A stretch of 64,000 bases of DNA from Candidatus Omnitrophota bacterium (GCA_021735655.1 JAIPGM010000003.1:160001-224000); one strand, 5' to 3'; shown: positions 17,888-28,256, numbered from the stretch's first letter. Numbers and translations are program-made. The notes: a model not told the origin generated them from the letters alone.

Positions 17888-17970
17888 AATAGGCAAGGCT
17901 TATCTAAAATATCGAGAAATAATTGCCATCAGTACCCTTCTTGCAATTATTATAAGAAAAGACTAGATTT

Positions 17971-19071
17971 ATGACTCAGGATATAAAAAAAAGAATTCAA
18001 CAGCTAGAGAAAGATCTTGTTCGTTTTGGGCAAATTTTAAAGATAGAGGATAAAAAGGGGCTAATTGAAAAATTGCAACTTAAGATGGCTCAACCCGGAT
18101 TTTGGAATGATCAAAAGATAGCAGCTAGCGTGGTTGATGAGCTAAAAGTTATTAAAAGTGACGTCGATGACTGGCAGGATTTATATAGTGCTTTTAAAAA
18201 TGTAGCCGAGATTGAAAGTCTAAACGATTCGGCTTTTGAAAAGGATATCATTAAGGAGCTGAGTAAACTAGAAGTTAACGCTGAGCAGTTTAAGCTCAAA
18301 ATTTTGTTTTCTGGTAAGTTTGACAATAATAATGCAATAGTAGAAATTAATTCCGGAGCCGGCGGAACTGAAGCTTGTGATTGGGCTTCAATGATTTTTA
18401 GGATGTATTGTCGCTGGGCCGAGGACAAAGGTTTTAAGCTCAAAGTTTTGGATGAATTGAGAGGAGACGAGGCCGGTTTAAAGAGCGTTACTTTTTTTAT
18501 CCAGGGAATTAGGGCCTATGGCCTTTTGCGTTCTGAACGGGGGGTACATCGCTTAGTAAGGATTTCTCCTTTTGATTCTAATAAACGTCGTCATACTTCA
18601 TTTGCTTCGGTAGATGTTCTTCCTGAGATAAAAGATGATGTTGAAATTGAAATAAGGCCTGAAGAGTTAAAAATAGATACCTATCGGGCGTCCGGTGCTG
18701 GCGGCCAGCACGTAAATGTTACTGATTCGGCAGTGCGGATTACTCATATGCCTAGTGGTATTGTGGTGGCTTGTCAAAATGAGCGTTCGCAACATCAAAA
18801 TAAACAGGCTGCTTTTGGAGTGTTAAAAGCAAAGTTATATGAGCGCAAAGAAGAGGAGAATCGAAAGGAGCTGGAAGAAGTTTCCGGAATCAAACAAAGA
18901 ATAGAGTGGGGTTCCCAGATTCGTTCTTATGTGTTACATCCTTATCTTTTAGTCAAGGATCATCGAACTAACTTAGAGGTTCATAATGCTAAGAACGTTC
19001 TTGAAGGTAAATTAGATGATTTTATTTATGCTTATTTAAGATTCATGAGTGAGGTTAAGAAAAGTGCTTAA
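17971..19071 (+). CDS. prfB: Peptide chain release factor 2
   Basis: 366 aa. GGQ motif (SGAGGQHVN) and the RF2-specific SPF tripeptide (RISPFDS). It is a single continuous ORF, so no +1 programmed frameshift is present. Confidence 0.9.
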   Translation: MTQDIKKRIQQLEKDLVRFGQILKIEDKKGLIEKLQLKMAQPGFWNDQKIAASVVDELKVIKSDVDDWQDLYSAFKNVAEIESLNDSAFEKDIIKELSKLEVNAEQFKLKILFSGKFDNNNAIVEINSGAGGTEACDWASMIFRMYCRWAEDKGFKLKVLDELRGDEAGLKSVTFFIQGIRAYGLLRSERGVHRLVRISPFDSNKRRHTSFASVDVLPEIKDDVEIEIRPEELKIDTYRASGAGGQHVNVTDSAVRITHMPSGIVVACQNERSQHQNKQAAFGVLKAKLYERKEEENRKELEEVSGIKQRIEWGSQIRSYVLHPYLLVKDHRTNLEVHNAKNVLEGKLDDFIYAYLRFMSEVKKSA

Positions 19072-21922
19072 AAATATAATTTTTAAAAATTGTCAAAGAA
19101 AAATTAATAAGCTTAAGCCCCAGGTAGAGATTTTGTTAAACAAAGAGATTCCTACTCCGGCTTTAAAGATTATTACTAGTTTTGCGCCGCTGGTGGTTAA
19201 GGTTAACTCTTATGAGCATGAGCTCGAATCAAAGCCCAAAGAGTTTTTTAAGGGCAAATCTAATGAATTTAAAAGCCTGATTAAAGCAAGGATTGCCAAA
19301 GCTTCAGTTGATGAGCATAAAGATATAACCGAAGCTGTTTTAGACGAGATTTTGCCATTTTATTTTGCTATGGTTAGAGAGGCAGCTAAACGAACAGTTA
19401 AAATGCGTCACTTTGACGTACAGATTCTCGGTGGAATTATTTTGCATAAAAATAAAATAGCTGAAATGGTGACTGGTGAGGGAAAGACTCTTGTTGCAAC
19501 TTTGGCAGCATCTTTAAATGCTCTTTTAGGCCAAGGGGTGCATATTGTTACGGTTAATGATTATCTAGCTAAGCGCGACCGAGAATGGATGGGGCCAATT
19601 TATGAATATTTAGGGTTTTCGGTGGGAGTTATTCAACAAGATATGTCTCCGCTTGAGCGAAAAGTAGCCTATGCTTGTGATCTTACTTATGGAACTAACA
19701 ATGAGTTTGGGTTTGATTATCTTCGTGATAACATGACAACTTCTCCTCAAAGCATGGTTCAGCGTAAGCATTGTTACGCAATTGTTGATGAGGTTGATTC
19801 GATCTTAATTGATGAAGCCAGAACCCCGTTGATTATTTCTGGTCCGGCCGAGAGTTATATTCAGAAATACTATCTTGCTGATCGAGCCGTCCGCCAGATT
19901 AAGGTTAAGGTTATTATTCAAAGGTATGATAATACTAAGGAAGGAACAGTTACTATAAAAAATAGAGATGGCTCTCAGGTCGTAATGACACCGCAAGAGT
20001 TGGAGGATCATTACGAGGCGATCATCGAGGAAAAGACCCATCAGGCCTATTTTACTCCTGCTGGAGAAAAGCATTGCGAGAAATTATTAGGGATAAAGAG
20101 TATTTCCGATGAATCCCCGGATAAGCTTTCTAATCCTTGGTCACATTATCTTACACAATCTTTAAGGGCGCATCATCTTTTCGCTGCCGATAAAGAGTAT
20201 ATTGTAAAAGAGGGCAAGGTTTTAATAGTTGATGAGTTTACTGGAAGGCTTATGTCTGGTCGGCGTTGGTCAGACGGTCTTCATCAGGCTGTTGAGGCTA
20301 AGGAGAATTTGAAGATACAAGAGGAATCACAAACTCTGGCTACGATAACTCTTCAGAATTATTTTCGAATGTATGATAAATTAGCCGGGATGACCGGAAC
20401 AGCTTACACCGAAGCCAATGAGTTTAATCATATTTATAAATTAGATGTTGTAGTTATACCAACTAATCGTCCGCTCCTCAGGGTTAATCATGCTGATAGA
20501 ATTTATAAGACCAAGAAAGGTAAATTTGCTGCCGTAGTTAGCGAAGTAGAAGAGCTTTCTAAGTTAAAACGCCCAGTTTTGGTTGGGACAACATCAATCG
20601 ACGATTCAGAGCAGCTTTCTTTTTTGCTTAATAAAAGCGGTGTCACTCATAGTATACTTAATGCAAAATATCATGAAAAAGAGGCCCGTATTGTTGCTCA
20701 GGCTGGACGATTAGCCCAAGTGACTATTGCGACTAATATGGCTGGCCGAGGAACCGATATTGTTTTAGGTGGCAATCTTGATTACTTTATAAAAGATATT
20801 CTGGCTAAAAATAATATATCTTTAGAAGATGAATCTTATCAAGAGGAGTATTCTCGGCTTTATCAGCAATATAAGGAAAAGTTTAAAAAAGATCATGATC
20901 AGGTTGTAGCTTTAGGTGGAGTGCATATTATTGGAACTCAACGCCATGAGTCAAGAAGAATAGATAACCAGTTACGGGGAAGATCAGGAAGACAAGGCGA
21001 TCCCGGATCATCTCGTTTTTACGTTTCCCTAGAAGATGATTTAATGCGTCTTTTTGGGTCCGAAAAAATATACGGGTTAATGGATACTCTTGGTTTTCCC
21101 GAAGACCAGCCAATAGAGCACACAATTATCAATCATTCTTTAGCCGTAGCTCAAAAGAGAGTTGAAGGGCATAACTTTGAAATACGTAAACAGCTATTGC
21201 AGTATGATAATATAATGAATAAGCAGCGGGAAGTTGTCTATCGTCAGAGAAGGGAGATTTTAGAGAGTAGCGATATGCGCGAGGAGATCTTTTTAATGCT
21301 TGATGATACAATTGATAAGAATGTACCGTTATACTTTCAAGAGGAAAGCGATATTTCCGGTCTCATCCAATGGGTAAAATCAAAGTTTGACTTAGAGCTA
21401 GAGAATGAAGAGATTGCTAAATTAGCGGTTGAAAAAATAGCTGAATTTGTAAAGGCTCAATTAAAAGAGGGCTATCATCAGAAAGAGGCTAAGTCTGTAG
21501 TTGATCAGATGCGCCAAATGGAGAGGGCGGCCAGTCTTTGGATAGTTGACTCGCGTTGGAAAGAGCATCTTTTAGTGATGGATCACCTTCGGGAAGGAAT
21601 ACATTTGAGAGCTCATGCTCATGTAGATCCTTTGGTTGAGTATCAACGAGAGTCATATCTTGCTTTTCAAGATATGATTTCAACTATCAAGGAGGGGATA
21701 GTTGAAATGGTTTTTAAAGCTAAAGTTAAACTGCTTCCTGAAGATGTCGGTGTTTTTTCAGAATCACCCAAAGATTTTATTCATTCTGAATACACACCCT
21801 TAGAGAATAAGTCTTCTAAGGAAAAGGCCGCTCCGCCTAAAGTAGGAGAAAAAAGGGTTGGTCGTAACGAACCCTGTCCTTGTGGGAGTGGAAAGAAATA
21901 TAAGAAGTGTTGTGGAGTCTAA
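19049..21922 (+). CDS. secA: Preprotein translocase ATPase SecA
   Basis: 957 aa. GTG start at 19049, or GTG at 19064. DEAD motor (MVTGEGKTLVATLA) and a C-terminal zinc finger (CPCGSGKKYKKCC). Confidence 0.95.
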   Translation: MRLRKVLKNIIFKNCQRKINKLKPQVEILLNKEIPTPALKIITSFAPLVVKVNSYEHELESKPKEFFKGKSNEFKSLIKARIAKASVDEHKDITEAVLDEILPFYFAMVREAAKRTVKMRHFDVQILGGIILHKNKIAEMVTGEGKTLVATLAASLNALLGQGVHIVTVNDYLAKRDREWMGPIYEYLGFSVGVIQQDMSPLERKVAYACDLTYGTNNEFGFDYLRDNMTTSPQSMVQRKHCYAIVDEVDSILIDEARTPLIISGPAESYIQKYYLADRAVRQIKVKVIIQRYDNTKEGTVTIKNRDGSQVVMTPQELEDHYEAIIEEKTHQAYFTPAGEKHCEKLLGIKSISDESPDKLSNPWSHYLTQSLRAHHLFAADKEYIVKEGKVLIVDEFTGRLMSGRRWSDGLHQAVEAKENLKIQEESQTLATITLQNYFRMYDKLAGMTGTAYTEANEFNHIYKLDVVVIPTNRPLLRVNHADRIYKTKKGKFAAVVSEVEELSKLKRPVLVGTTSIDDSEQLSFLLNKSGVTHSILNAKYHEKEARIVAQAGRLAQVTIATNMAGRGTDIVLGGNLDYFIKDILAKNNISLEDESYQEEYSRLYQQYKEKFKKDHDQVVALGGVHIIGTQRHESRRIDNQLRGRSGRQGDPGSSRFYVSLEDDLMRLFGSEKIYGLMDTLGFPEDQPIEHTIINHSLAVAQKRVEGHNFEIRKQLLQYDNIMNKQREVVYRQRREILESSDMREEIFLMLDDTIDKNVPLYFQEESDISGLIQWVKSKFDLELENEEIAKLAVEKIAEFVKAQLKEGYHQKEAKSVVDQMRQMERAASLWIVDSRWKEHLLVMDHLREGIHLRAHAHVDPLVEYQRESYLAFQDMISTIKEGIVEMVFKAKVKLLPEDVGVFSESPKDFIHSEYTPLENKSSKEKAAPPKVGEKRVGRNEPCPCGSGKKYKKCCGV

Positions 21923-21931
21923 TTTAGTAAA

Positions 21932-23383
21932 ATGACTTTGACCTTACTAGCCTTATGCGGTGGTATACTCACCGGTTTGAGTTTTAATTCAGAACCAACT
22001 TCTTTTTTAATCTGGTTTTCTTTAGTTCCTTTTATTCAAGTAATAAGTAAGAGCTCGCTTAAGGCGGGAATTTTTAGAGCTTTTTTATTTGGCTTTGCCT
22101 ATTATCTGGTAGTTATTTTTTGGATAGCTAAAGTTACCTTTTTGGGATTGATTGCCTTGGTTGTTTATCTTTCTTTGTATTGTGTATTGTTCTTTTTAGT
22201 CGGTCGTTACTTTTTAAAGAAACCTTTGAGACTTATCAGCCTACCTTGTTTTTGGGTTTTGATTGAGTTTTTGAAGGAGAATATTTGGACTGGTTTTGGC
22301 TGGGCTAACCTAGGGTATTCTCAGTATAATAATCTTCATTTAATCCAGGTAGCTGATATTGGCGGAGTTAAGCTGATTTCTTTTTTAGTCGTAATGGCTA
22401 ATGTTTTTATTTGGGAAGTAATCACAACCAAAGGGCCAAAACAGAAAAAGGCGATCGTCAAGAAAGCTCTTTTTGTGTGTTTGATCTTTCTGGCTTGTTT
22501 TTCTTATGGAGCTTATCGGCTTAAGAACTTAACCGAGGCAGGTTCTTTAGAAGTTACAGTAGCTCAGCCAAATATTCCCCAAAGTTTAAAATGGGATCCT
22601 AGCGCAGCTTCTTCAATTGTAGATAAGTTGGGGTCATTAGCTAAAGAAACAAAGAAAGAATCTTTAGTCATTTTCCCTGAGGCAGCTTGGCCGTATACTG
22701 TAGCTCAAGAAGATGTAGAAGATTTGAGAAGTTTTGCTGAAAGTATAGATCGGCACATTCTCATTGGTTCAGTTATCAAAGAAGGAGATAAGTTTTATAA
22801 TTCAGCCTTATTGTTTCAGTGGAGGGCATCAGCAATCCGTTTGTGTGGTTCTTATCGTAAAATAAAACTAGTTCCTTTTGGTGAGTATGTTCCTCTTAGG
22901 AAATTGTTTAGTTTTATTGAGGTGCTGAATACAATTGGAGACATAAGCCCCGGAGAAACACTTTCAGGATTTTCGCAATCCGGACATAACTATTCGGTTT
23001 TGATTTGTTTTGAGGATGTTTTAGCGAGTTATGTTACTCAGATGGTTGGTGATAGTGATTTTTTAGTTAATATTACTAATGATGCTTGGTTTGGTGGAAA
23101 CCCCCAGAGCTTTCAGCATTTGGGCGTTATGACTTTAAGAGCTGTTGAGAACAGAGTTTCTATTGTCCGCAGTGCTAATACTGGAATTAGCGGTTGGGTA
23201 TCTTTTAAAGGAGAAATTGAGAAACTAACCCATCAAGGTAAGGAAGTTTTTTTTCCGGCTATTAAAACTTTTCGAATTTCTTTGAATCGGGTACGAGGGG
23301 TTTATACTTTTTGGGGTGAGCTTTTCCCGGTTTTTTGTGGTATGTTTCTTTTAGCGGTTTTTATCAAAAGCAGCAAAGATTAG
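21932..23383 (+). CDS. lnt: Apolipoprotein N-acyltransferase
   Basis: 483 aa. N-terminal polytopic membrane domain plus a CN-hydrolase domain (VAQPNIPQSLKWDP; FPEAAWP). Confidence 0.8.
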   Translation: MTLTLLALCGGILTGLSFNSEPTSFLIWFSLVPFIQVISKSSLKAGIFRAFLFGFAYYLVVIFWIAKVTFLGLIALVVYLSLYCVLFFLVGRYFLKKPLRLISLPCFWVLIEFLKENIWTGFGWANLGYSQYNNLHLIQVADIGGVKLISFLVVMANVFIWEVITTKGPKQKKAIVKKALFVCLIFLACFSYGAYRLKNLTEAGSLEVTVAQPNIPQSLKWDPSAASSIVDKLGSLAKETKKESLVIFPEAAWPYTVAQEDVEDLRSFAESIDRHILIGSVIKEGDKFYNSALLFQWRASAIRLCGSYRKIKLVPFGEYVPLRKLFSFIEVLNTIGDISPGETLSGFSQSGHNYSVLICFEDVLASYVTQMVGDSDFLVNITNDAWFGGNPQSFQHLGVMTLRAVENRVSIVRSANTGISGWVSFKGEIEKLTHQGKEVFFPAIKTFRISLNRVRGVYTFWGELFPVFCGMFLLAVFIKSSKD

Positions 23384-23392
23384 GGGTTTTTA

Positions 23393-23881
23393 ATGAAAGT
23401 TAATTTAGAAGTAATAAAAGTTAATAAACCGAAAGATTTAAACGTAATCATCGGTCAAGCCCATTTCATTAAAACAGTTGAAGATATCTATGAAGCACTC
23501 ATTAGCAGTTCTCCGACGATAAAATTTGGCTTGGCTTTCTCCGAAGCTTCCGGTGAGTGTTTAGTCAGGACAGAAGGTAATGATCCAGAGCTAAAAAAAA
23601 TAGCCAGCGATAATGTGTTAAGCTTGGCTTGCGGACATATGTTTTTTATAGCCTTAAAGGAGTCCTATCCGATTAACGTTTTAAATCAGATAAAAAATAT
23701 TCCTGAAGTCTGTCGCATTTTTTGCGCTACAGCTAATCCGTTGGAGGTTATAGTTTGTGAGACTGCCCAGGGAAGAGCGCTTTTAGGAGTTGTTGATGGC
23801 GCTAAGCCCAAAGGCCTTGAGACTGAGGATGATGTTAGGGCGAGAAAAGATCTTTTAAGGAAGTTTGGATACAAGCTTTAA
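23393..23881 (+). CDS. Conserved small protein, possibly adenosine-specific kinase (PF04008/DUF355) family
   Basis: 162 aa soluble protein. The family assignment is from memory of overall similarity and is unverified. Confidence 0.3.
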   Translation: MKVNLEVIKVNKPKDLNVIIGQAHFIKTVEDIYEALISSSPTIKFGLAFSEASGECLVRTEGNDPELKKIASDNVLSLACGHMFFIALKESYPINVLNQIKNIPEVCRIFCATANPLEVIVCETAQGRALLGVVDGAKPKGLETEDDVRARKDLLRKFGYKL

Positions 23882-23895
23882 GGAACAAAGAGTAT

Positions 23896-24834
23896 ATGGC
23901 TAAAGAAAAAAAGAAATTCTTGCGTCGTAACGCTGGCTGGATTGCCATGCGAATTTTTACTTATCTTAACGGAATAACTCCTTTAGGCTGGAACTACTTT
24001 TTGGGTAGTGTTTTAGGAAGTATTGCTTACTTAGTGGTTAGGCGCCATCGTAAGATTGCTCTTGAAGGCCTAGAACTTGCTTTCCCGGAAAAAACAGTTA
24101 AACAACGCAAAAAAATAGCTCGTCAGGTATTCATTTTTATGGCTCAGAGTTCTTTTGAGCTGCTTCATTGCTTAAAGAATATTCATCAGCTGAAGAATAT
24201 CAGTATTGAGGGGGAAGAATATTTAAGGCAAGCCTTAGCAAAGAAAAAAGGAGTTATAATTGTAACCGCCCATCTAGGTAATTTTCCGCTAATGAGTTTA
24301 AAGCTAGCAAAAGCCGGGTATCCGGTTAGCTTTGTTACTCGGCCGATGCGTGATGAGAAGACTAGTGATTATATTCATGGCCTAAGGAGTGCTACCGGAG
24401 TTAAAACAATTTTTTCTTATCCACGTCGTGAATGCGTAAATGGTATTATTAAGGCTTTAGCTAATAATGAGATAGTAGTAATGCAAATGGATCAGAATTT
24501 TGGTACTGGCGGCGTTTGGGTGAAATTTTTCGGCCAGTTGGCGGCTACACCAGTGGGGCCGATAGTTTTAGCTCTACGTACTCAAAGTGCGGTAGTACCG
24601 GCATATATATATCGTCAAACAACTGGTAAACATTGCATAAAGATATCTTCTGAACAGCAGTTAGACGTCGCCAAAGAAAAAGATGAAACCGTATTGGCTA
24701 ATGCAATTGAGCTTACTCGGATTATCGAAGCATGGGTGAGAGAACATGATTTTCAGTGGTCATGGATTCATCGCCGTTGGAAATCGAGGCCTTCAAAAGA
24801 AGTTGAAAGATTAAAATTTAAAATAGAACAATAA
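23896..24834 (+). CDS. lpxL: Lipid A biosynthesis late acyltransferase (LpxL/LpxM/HtrB family)
   Basis: 312 aa. N-terminal membrane anchor and an acyltransferase motif (VTAHLGNFPLMS), compare LpxL HxGNWE. Confidence 0.7.
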   Translation: MAKEKKKFLRRNAGWIAMRIFTYLNGITPLGWNYFLGSVLGSIAYLVVRRHRKIALEGLELAFPEKTVKQRKKIARQVFIFMAQSSFELLHCLKNIHQLKNISIEGEEYLRQALAKKKGVIIVTAHLGNFPLMSLKLAKAGYPVSFVTRPMRDEKTSDYIHGLRSATGVKTIFSYPRRECVNGIIKALANNEIVVMQMDQNFGTGGVWVKFFGQLAATPVGPIVLALRTQSAVVPAYIYRQTTGKHCIKISSEQQLDVAKEKDETVLANAIELTRIIEAWVREHDFQWSWIHRRWKSRPSKEVERLKFKIEQ

Positions 24835-24888
24835 AACTTGTAATCGCTAGATTTTTTTGTTAAAATTTTCTAAGATGAGAGATTTAAT

Positions 24889-25845
24889 ATGAGTAAGAAA
24901 TATTCTTTAGGTATTGGTCTTAATCTTTTTGATGCCCGAGCAGTTCTTTTGAATGATGAAGGTAAAGTTTTAGCAAAGGTGATCAAAAATAGGAGTACCG
25001 TTAATGCCAACGAAACTTTGGCAACTTTACTAGAGTTGTTTGAAGGGATTCTTGCTAAGTCTAAGCGATATAAATCTTCGATAGAGGGAGTGGGTCTTGC
25101 CTTAGGCGGAATTGTAAATAGTAAAAAAGGAATTGTTTACTGGCCTCAGCCGCCGGATTCTTATGTGGCAGTCCCTTTGGGAGATTATCTCAGGAAGAAA
25201 TTTGGCCTTAGCGTTTATATTGAAAATGATGCCAATGCTTGCGCTTGGGCTGAGTACCAAGCTAATTTTTCAAAATACAAAAATATTGTTTATTTGTTTT
25301 CAGGGGTGGGTTGCGGCGTTATTGCCAACGGCAACATATATAAAGGTAGAGATGGGGCTGCTGGAGAGTTGTTTTTAAATCCCAAAGCAGTTATGTCTTC
25401 ATATCTAGGCGATTTTTCTTTTCTTAAAGCTTGGCCGGCTGACTTGGATATAGTTAAGCGGGCTAAAACTGCCATTTCCTTGGGTCAAGAAACTAGCTTA
25501 GTAAAAAAGATAAGTTCTAGCGGCGAATTGTTTTTAGAATCTATATTTGAGGAGGCTAATAAGAAAGATAAACTTGCTCGGGATTTAATAAAAGAGGCTG
25601 CTCGAACTTTAGGCGTAAAAGCTGCCTTTTTAATTAACTTACTTAACCCGGAAGCAGTTGTTATTGGTGGCGGTTTAGAGAGTGCCGGAGAATTCTTTTT
25701 AGAAGAATGTATAAACTCGGTAAAGAAGTTTTCTTTTAACGAGATGAGAAAGGGCTGTAAAATAACCCTTTCTTGCTTGGGTAATGATGCGACTTCTCTT
25801 GGGGCAGCAATGTTAGTTTTTAAAGAAAATACTTTACAGAGATAG
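24889..25845 (+). CDS. ROK-family sugar kinase (glucokinase / N-acetylglucosamine kinase-like)
   Basis: 318 aa. ASKHA fold with an N-terminal LGIGLN and ROK-type Gly-rich segments (GVGCGVIANGNIYKG). Confidence 0.65.
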   Translation: MSKKYSLGIGLNLFDARAVLLNDEGKVLAKVIKNRSTVNANETLATLLELFEGILAKSKRYKSSIEGVGLALGGIVNSKKGIVYWPQPPDSYVAVPLGDYLRKKFGLSVYIENDANACAWAEYQANFSKYKNIVYLFSGVGCGVIANGNIYKGRDGAAGELFLNPKAVMSSYLGDFSFLKAWPADLDIVKRAKTAISLGQETSLVKKISSSGELFLESIFEEANKKDKLARDLIKEAARTLGVKAAFLINLLNPEAVVIGGGLESAGEFFLEECINSVKKFSFNEMRKGCKITLSCLGNDATSLGAAMLVFKENTLQR

Positions 25846-25897
25846 TATATATGCTAGTATATTATATACGTTATAATTAATTAAAAGGAGGTCACTA

Positions 25898-27082
25898 ATG
25901 GACAAATCAAAAATAATTCCGATCATTCTCTTGATTTTTATTTTAGGTATAGGATTTATTGCCTACACTTTCTATCAGCAGTCTCAGGAATTAGGCAAAA
26001 AAAATCAAGATTTAACGAAGGAGAATTCCGCCTTAATCCAAGAGAAAGAAGACTTAAAAGAGCAATATAATACTCAGCGAGAGAGAAATAATGCCTTAGA
26101 AGAGAGGCAATCAGCGATGAATGCTGAACTTTCACGATTAGAGAATGAACGAGATAGTTTCCAGACAAAGTTAGCTGAAGTTACCCAGGAAAGAGATCTG
26201 TTGGTTGAGAAGCTAAGTAGTAAGCCTACTCAGTCAAGCTCAAGTTCAAGCTCAGTCCAAAGCTTTAGCCCCTCAACGGTTTCTGGAGGACAGCTTTCTG
26301 AAGATCATTGGGCAGATTTTGTTAAGGAAAAAGCTTCCTTGGAAGCAAAAGTTGGTACTTTGAATAAAGTATTGCTTGATGCAAAAAGTAAGATATCGGA
26401 ATTAGATAAAGATAATAAAGAGCTCAGTATAAAAATTGATCAGCTTAATAAAACAAGAGAAAGACTTGACGAAGAAGTACGCTTTAAAGAAAGAACCTTA
26501 CGTGTCCTGAGTATGGATTTGGTTAGCGAGAGAGAAGAGCGGGCTTCAGCTGTTACTGAATTGAGAAAACTTCGAAGCGAAAATATAAGTTTAAAGAGAG
26601 AGATTGTTTTATCGAATAAAGAAAAAATGAATTTGCAAAGTACTCTCAGAGGCGCATTGGACAGAAAAGAAAGTTTGGAAAGTAGAATTTCTGATGCCGA
26701 GAATGTTTTAAAAGAAAAATCTTTAGCTTTCGGCGAATTACAAGAGCAGCTTGAACATGCAATAATTGGCAGTAAACGTATTACTGCTTCTGAGTCAGCA
26801 TCGGTGCAGTTGCCTCCGATTGTAGTTAAACCGGAAGCTCCTGGTTTGCGAGGACTTCGTGGCGAAGTTATAGCTGTAAATAAAGAAGAAAAGTTCATAG
26901 TTGTTGATATCGGAGAAGCTTCTGGTTTACGTCCTGGCGCTTTGTTAAAAGTTATGCGTGGAGATAGAGAAATCGCAACTTTAGAGGTTATTGAGACTCG
27001 TAGGGAAATTTCTGCCGCGGACATAAAAGAAGTAGTTGGCGGGACGACTATTCAAGAAGGCGATATCGTTATAAGTCGGTAA
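25898..27082 (+). CDS. Membrane-anchored long coiled-coil protein with Ser-run linker and C-terminal beta-rich domain; function unknown
   Basis: 394 aa. N-terminal TM helix (IIPIILLIFILGIGFIAY), ~250 aa of heptad coiled coil, an SSSSSSS run, and a C-terminal ~80-aa domain (GEVIAVNKEEKFIVVDIGEASGLRPGALLKVMRGDREIATLEVIE). Confidence 0.5.
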   Translation: MDKSKIIPIILLIFILGIGFIAYTFYQQSQELGKKNQDLTKENSALIQEKEDLKEQYNTQRERNNALEERQSAMNAELSRLENERDSFQTKLAEVTQERDLLVEKLSSKPTQSSSSSSSVQSFSPSTVSGGQLSEDHWADFVKEKASLEAKVGTLNKVLLDAKSKISELDKDNKELSIKIDQLNKTRERLDEEVRFKERTLRVLSMDLVSEREERASAVTELRKLRSENISLKREIVLSNKEKMNLQSTLRGALDRKESLESRISDAENVLKEKSLAFGELQEQLEHAIIGSKRITASESASVQLPPIVVKPEAPGLRGLRGEVIAVNKEEKFIVVDIGEASGLRPGALLKVMRGDREIATLEVIETRREISAADIKEVVGGTTIQEGDIVISR

Positions 27083-27125
27083 GTTTCTTCTTACTTCATC
27101 CAGCCTATTTTAAAACGGGATAGCA

Positions 27126-28118
27126 ATGTCTTCTAAAATAACCATCAAGGATGTTGCCAGAAAGGCGGGCGTTTCAATCGCTACGGTTTCTCGTTTTATC
27201 AATAATTTTCCTCTACGTCAAGAAAATAAAGATAAGGTTGAGCGGGCAATAAATGAGTTGAATTATCAACCTTTACTCTACGCTCGCAGACTCGCCGGCG
27301 GCAAACTTAATACTTTTGGCCTAATTCTTCCTGGTTATGAAGGGATATTTTATTCTTTTTACGCTTTAGAGATAATTCGTGAAGTCGCTGCATCAACGGC
27401 TCAAAACTCAATTGATTTGCATCTGAATATTTTTTGGGATAAAGACAACTTCCAAAGTTCCTTAGTCGACGGAGTCATAATGGCTGATGTTATTGGCAAT
27501 GATCAGCAACTTGAGCGATTAACTAAGGAGGAGGTGCCCCTAATAGTTATAAATCGAAGGATTGATGATCCTAGGATTAGCTCGATATCTGTTGATAATT
27601 TTAAGGGAGCTTACGAGGCAGTAGAGTTTCTTATCCATCATGGACATAAAAGAATCGCCCATCTTGCCGGTGATTTACGCGTCCAATGCTCTCAGGAGAG
27701 GATTGATGGCTACAAAAGCGCTTTGGTTAAGAATAAAATTGAATTTCGGGAAGATTACGTTAAATCAACTAACTTTTCACGTAAGGATGCCCGGGAAGGC
27801 CTCGATGAGCTATTTGCTAAGGTTGATGAGGCTCCGACAGCAATTTTTTGCTGCAGTGATGAGGTAGCCTCAGAAGTTTTGAGTTTTGCCGAGGAAAAAA
27901 GAATCGAGGTTCCGAGATCTCTGAGCGTTATCGGTTTTGATGATAACCCTCACTGTCTTTATGGTAATTTAATGCTTACTACAGTTCGGCAACCCCTGAA
28001 AGCAATGGTCCAACAAGGGGTCAAGATTTTAAAAGATACTATCGATGAGAATAAACCTCCTCAGAAGCTGGTTCTTGATACAGAACTTATCATCAGAGAC
28101 ACAGTAGGATTTCTTTAA
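27126..28118 (+). CDS. LacI-family transcriptional regulator
   Basis: HTH (IKDVARKAGVSIATVSRFINN) plus a periplasmic-binding-protein-like sugar-binding domain. Confidence 0.85.
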   Translation: MSSKITIKDVARKAGVSIATVSRFINNFPLRQENKDKVERAINELNYQPLLYARRLAGGKLNTFGLILPGYEGIFYSFYALEIIREVAASTAQNSIDLHLNIFWDKDNFQSSLVDGVIMADVIGNDQQLERLTKEEVPLIVINRRIDDPRISSISVDNFKGAYEAVEFLIHHGHKRIAHLAGDLRVQCSQERIDGYKSALVKNKIEFREDYVKSTNFSRKDAREGLDELFAKVDEAPTAIFCCSDEVASEVLSFAEEKRIEVPRSLSVIGFDDNPHCLYGNLMLTTVRQPLKAMVQQGVKILKDTIDENKPPQKLVLDTELIIRDTVGFL

Positions 28119-28206
28119 GGCGTACTGTTTAGCGCTTAGGTGCCAAACAGATAAGTTATTTTTTTAATCTTCGTATCAATATGTTGAGTTTGAAGCTTAA
28201 CCTACA

Positions 28207-28222
28207 TACTATATATAGTATT
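28207..28222. promoter_or_regulatory. Perfect 16-bp palindrome ATACTATATATAGTAT, NrdR-box-like
   Basis: Seen directly in sequence. It matches the NrdR box core (CwAtATaTwG) and sits just upstream of the nrdJ -35. A weaker ATAC-N5-GTAT element at ~28250-28264 overlaps the -10. Confidence 0.45.
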
Positions 28223-28227
28223 TTTTC

Positions 28228-28256
28228 TTGACACAGTTCATTAGCTATGATATACA
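28228..28256 (+). promoter_or_regulatory. Putative sigma70 promoter of nrdJ
   Basis: TTGACA (28228-28233), 17-nt spacer, TATACA (28251-28256). About 60 nt upstream of the nrdJ ATG. Confidence 0.45.
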
